A stretch of DNA of 63,475 nt, counting the filler, from Globobulimina sp. (taxonomy: Eukaryota): the NCBI GenBank assembly GCA_003354225.1. It is 34 parts of 34 records of this genome, joined end to end, with 100 filler letters (N's around TTAATTAATTAA, not from the genome) between each part and the next. Parts side by side here need not be neighbours in the genome. Positions count along the whole stretch, not along the records: positions 59,840 to 61,607 come from PIVH01012167.1; positions 61,708 to 63,475 come from PIVH01012168.1; 32 more parts are not named here. The stretch is one strand, 5' to 3'. The notes under the pieces were generated by a model. That model saw nothing but the letters and a program-made list of their open reading frames with translations. It was not told where the DNA came from and did not search any database. Shown here piece by piece: positions 61,444-63,475 of the stretch (positions within the stretch are counted from its first letter, which is position 1; every line of letters starts with the position of its first letter). The position numbers and the translations under genes were made by a program.

Positions 61444-61707
61444 GTTTTTTATGATTTTTCCAGTACGCTTAGTAGAAAAAAGGTTTTTTTATTTAGTATC
61501 GTGAAATAATAACAAACTTAAATAATTTAAATATTTAAAATCAATCAAAATGGAATCAATCCAACCGGTGCGAGCTCCGTTATCAGCCCAACCACCACAG
61601 CGAATAGNNNNNNNNNNNNNNNNNNNNNNNNNNNNNNNNNNNNNNNNNNNNTTAATTAATTAANNNNNNNNNNNNNNNNNNNNNNNNNNNNNNNNNNNNN
61701 NNNNNNN

Positions 61708-63145
61708 TTCTTCTTGTCATCGAACTTGGAATACGGACTATTTGCGCCAAACATGATTTTCTGTAATTGCGTCAACGCAAACTGCCGCGCTTCGGGCCGG
61801 TTCACATTCTCAATGTCCGTCTTTTCCGACAACAAACCACTGATAAACAGCACAGATTCTGTACAATGTACATGGATTGTTTCCGTATACACTGACTTGC
61901 GATTTTGCGTGTAACCATACCTGGATCTCCCGTATTAAGCACGTCGTCAATCAGCTTATCAATGGCGTCCTGCGCCGCGGGGTGGTTCCTGGACACATTG
62001 GGATCGTCCAAGACCTTGAACAAATTATCCAAGATCTCCTCCAAGTGTCCGACGGCGATATCCTTGTCTCCAAACTCCAACGCATTGTGGAATATGGCCG
62101 GCAGCGTATCGATGGCCGTTTTCTGGACTTCCGGCTTGCTGTCCAATATCTGCGTGGCCCATCCGCACAACAAGTCGGGTATGTTATTCTTGGCCAACAC
62201 ATTGTTGAACATCGGGTTGGTGCCCAGGTTCGCGCCCAACTGCTCCATGGCGCGCACCCTGTCGTCCCACGGCACGTCGCGGTCCGTCAACTTGTTCATG
62301 AACTGAATGGTGCTGATGTTGAAGCTGAACTTCTGCGCAAATACGAAATCGTCCACGTTAAAGGGCTCGCCGGCGCCCGCCGCCAACAGCACGCGTTTCA
62401 TAATGGTCATGCAGCCCAATTTGTCGCCCAACATATCCCACGTAATGGTGGACGCATCCGTCATCGCGTCCAGTTTCTTGATCAATTCCTCCATCTGCTG
62501 GCGGGTCAGCTTACCGCCGGGACCTGATAGCTGGTCAAATAATTGCTTGGCTAACAGTGGCGACACGTTAATGCCGCGATCTTTCAAGTTCTCGCTAAAG
62601 GCTTTATAGTCGATGGCCTTATCCGCGCCGAAGTCGCTCACCGCGTTCCAGATATCTTTCTTTTTGGACGCTAGTTTTTTCTCCTCTTCCTTGCGTCGTT
62701 TCTCCTCTTCTGCGGCTTGTTGGGCCGCGGCTAATTTGCGTTGCCGGTCTGCTTCTTCTTTTTGCTTCATTTTCTCAGCTTGTTCCGCCTGCCAATTTGC
62801 CGTTTTCTCTGCCTGTCGTTCTCGCCATTTTGACTTTTTTTTGTCGGGTACGGCGCCGCGCCAACGGGGACCGGGATCGCCGCCGAATGTTTGTTGTAAG
62901 GCGGTGTCGAACAGTGGGCCGATGACACAGCGTGCTTTGTAGAACATTTGCTCGATTTCTTGCCGACCCCATTTGTATTTCATGTACCAAAACATCGGCG
63001 TCGTTTCTAATACTTTGCCGTCTAATAAGTCTCCGGGTTTCCATCGTAAATGGAAGACTTTGGTTGGTTTGTTTATCTCTTTTAAGTAATCTACTATGAT
63101 TTTATGCCGTTCTTGCGGCGTGAAACCTGATTTATCCTTTGACAT
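61708..63145 (-). CDS. EF-hand + CLASP-N/TOG (HEAT) domain protein (3' partial)
   Basis: EF-hand-like IDYKAFSE..QLFDQL..GKLT; WDDRVRAMEQL and QILDSKPEVQKTA are TOG-like; GC-rich coding sequence. Confidence 0.65.
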
Positions 63146-63475
63146 TTATATAGGTTTCCTTTTTTTAATAATGTTTGCTTTTTATACGTTATATATAATG
63201 ATTGATATTGAGTTGTGTTTAGTTAAAATGATTGAGCTAAAAAACTGTGTTAAAAATTCTTCTTTAAAACATATATTCATCTTATGTGTGGATTTTAAAA
63301 AGTATAATTCATCTTCTAAATAATTCATCTTACAAGCAAGTATAACAAATACAAATGAATTATTTTTTAGCATTTATTGTGATCACTACATTTGTGATTC
63401 AATATTGCAATACCTCTGAATCTGATGATAAAGTATCGGAATTTAGTGACTGTACAGATTTTGGAAGTTGTAATT

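Noticed and set aside
1772-61707. Regularly spaced TTAATTAATTAA palindromes (CRISPR- or repeat-like periodicity)
   Set aside because: Always flanked by 44 Ns on each side; an artificial linker for concatenating contigs.
61877-62942. Several + strand ORFs antisense to the TOG gene
   Set aside because: Expected shadow ORFs of a GC-rich coding region; no recognisable motifs.

Overview
This window is not one locus. It is 34 unrelated short contigs of about 1.77 kb (1771 down to 1768 bp, sorted by length), joined by artificial 100-bp spacers (44 N + TTAATTAATTAA + 44 N), so gene neighbourhoods across spacers mean nothing. Most contigs are AT-rich eukaryotic DNA with short GT-AG introns (about 50-75 nt) and the standard genetic code. 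Gene families and composition suggest a foraminiferan or other rhizarian protist (inference). Several bacterial-like fragments and gene-gene splices inside contigs suggest whole-genome-amplification chimeras. Recognisable genes: ABCG transporter, MATE transporter, class II PRPP synthetase, acyl-CoA dehydrogenase, RCC1-repeat protein, PPR protein, mucolipin, kinase, CLASP-like TOG protein and a selenoprotein SPS2 with an in-frame UGA. Highlights: (1) a Polinton/Maverick (adintovirus-like) virus module (packaging ATPase, pX-like protein, ORF, integrase); (2) a clathrin-propeller/RING E3 fusion; (3) SPS2 with a candidate non-canonical SECIS on a long hairpin; (4) an intron-containing H-S-E ADP-ribosyltransferase-like gene; (5) a 1.2-kb element with perfect 44-bp TIRs carrying a methyltransferase fragment; (6) a 27-nt motif shared just upstream of two unrelated start codons. 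All family calls are from motif recognition by eye, not database searches.
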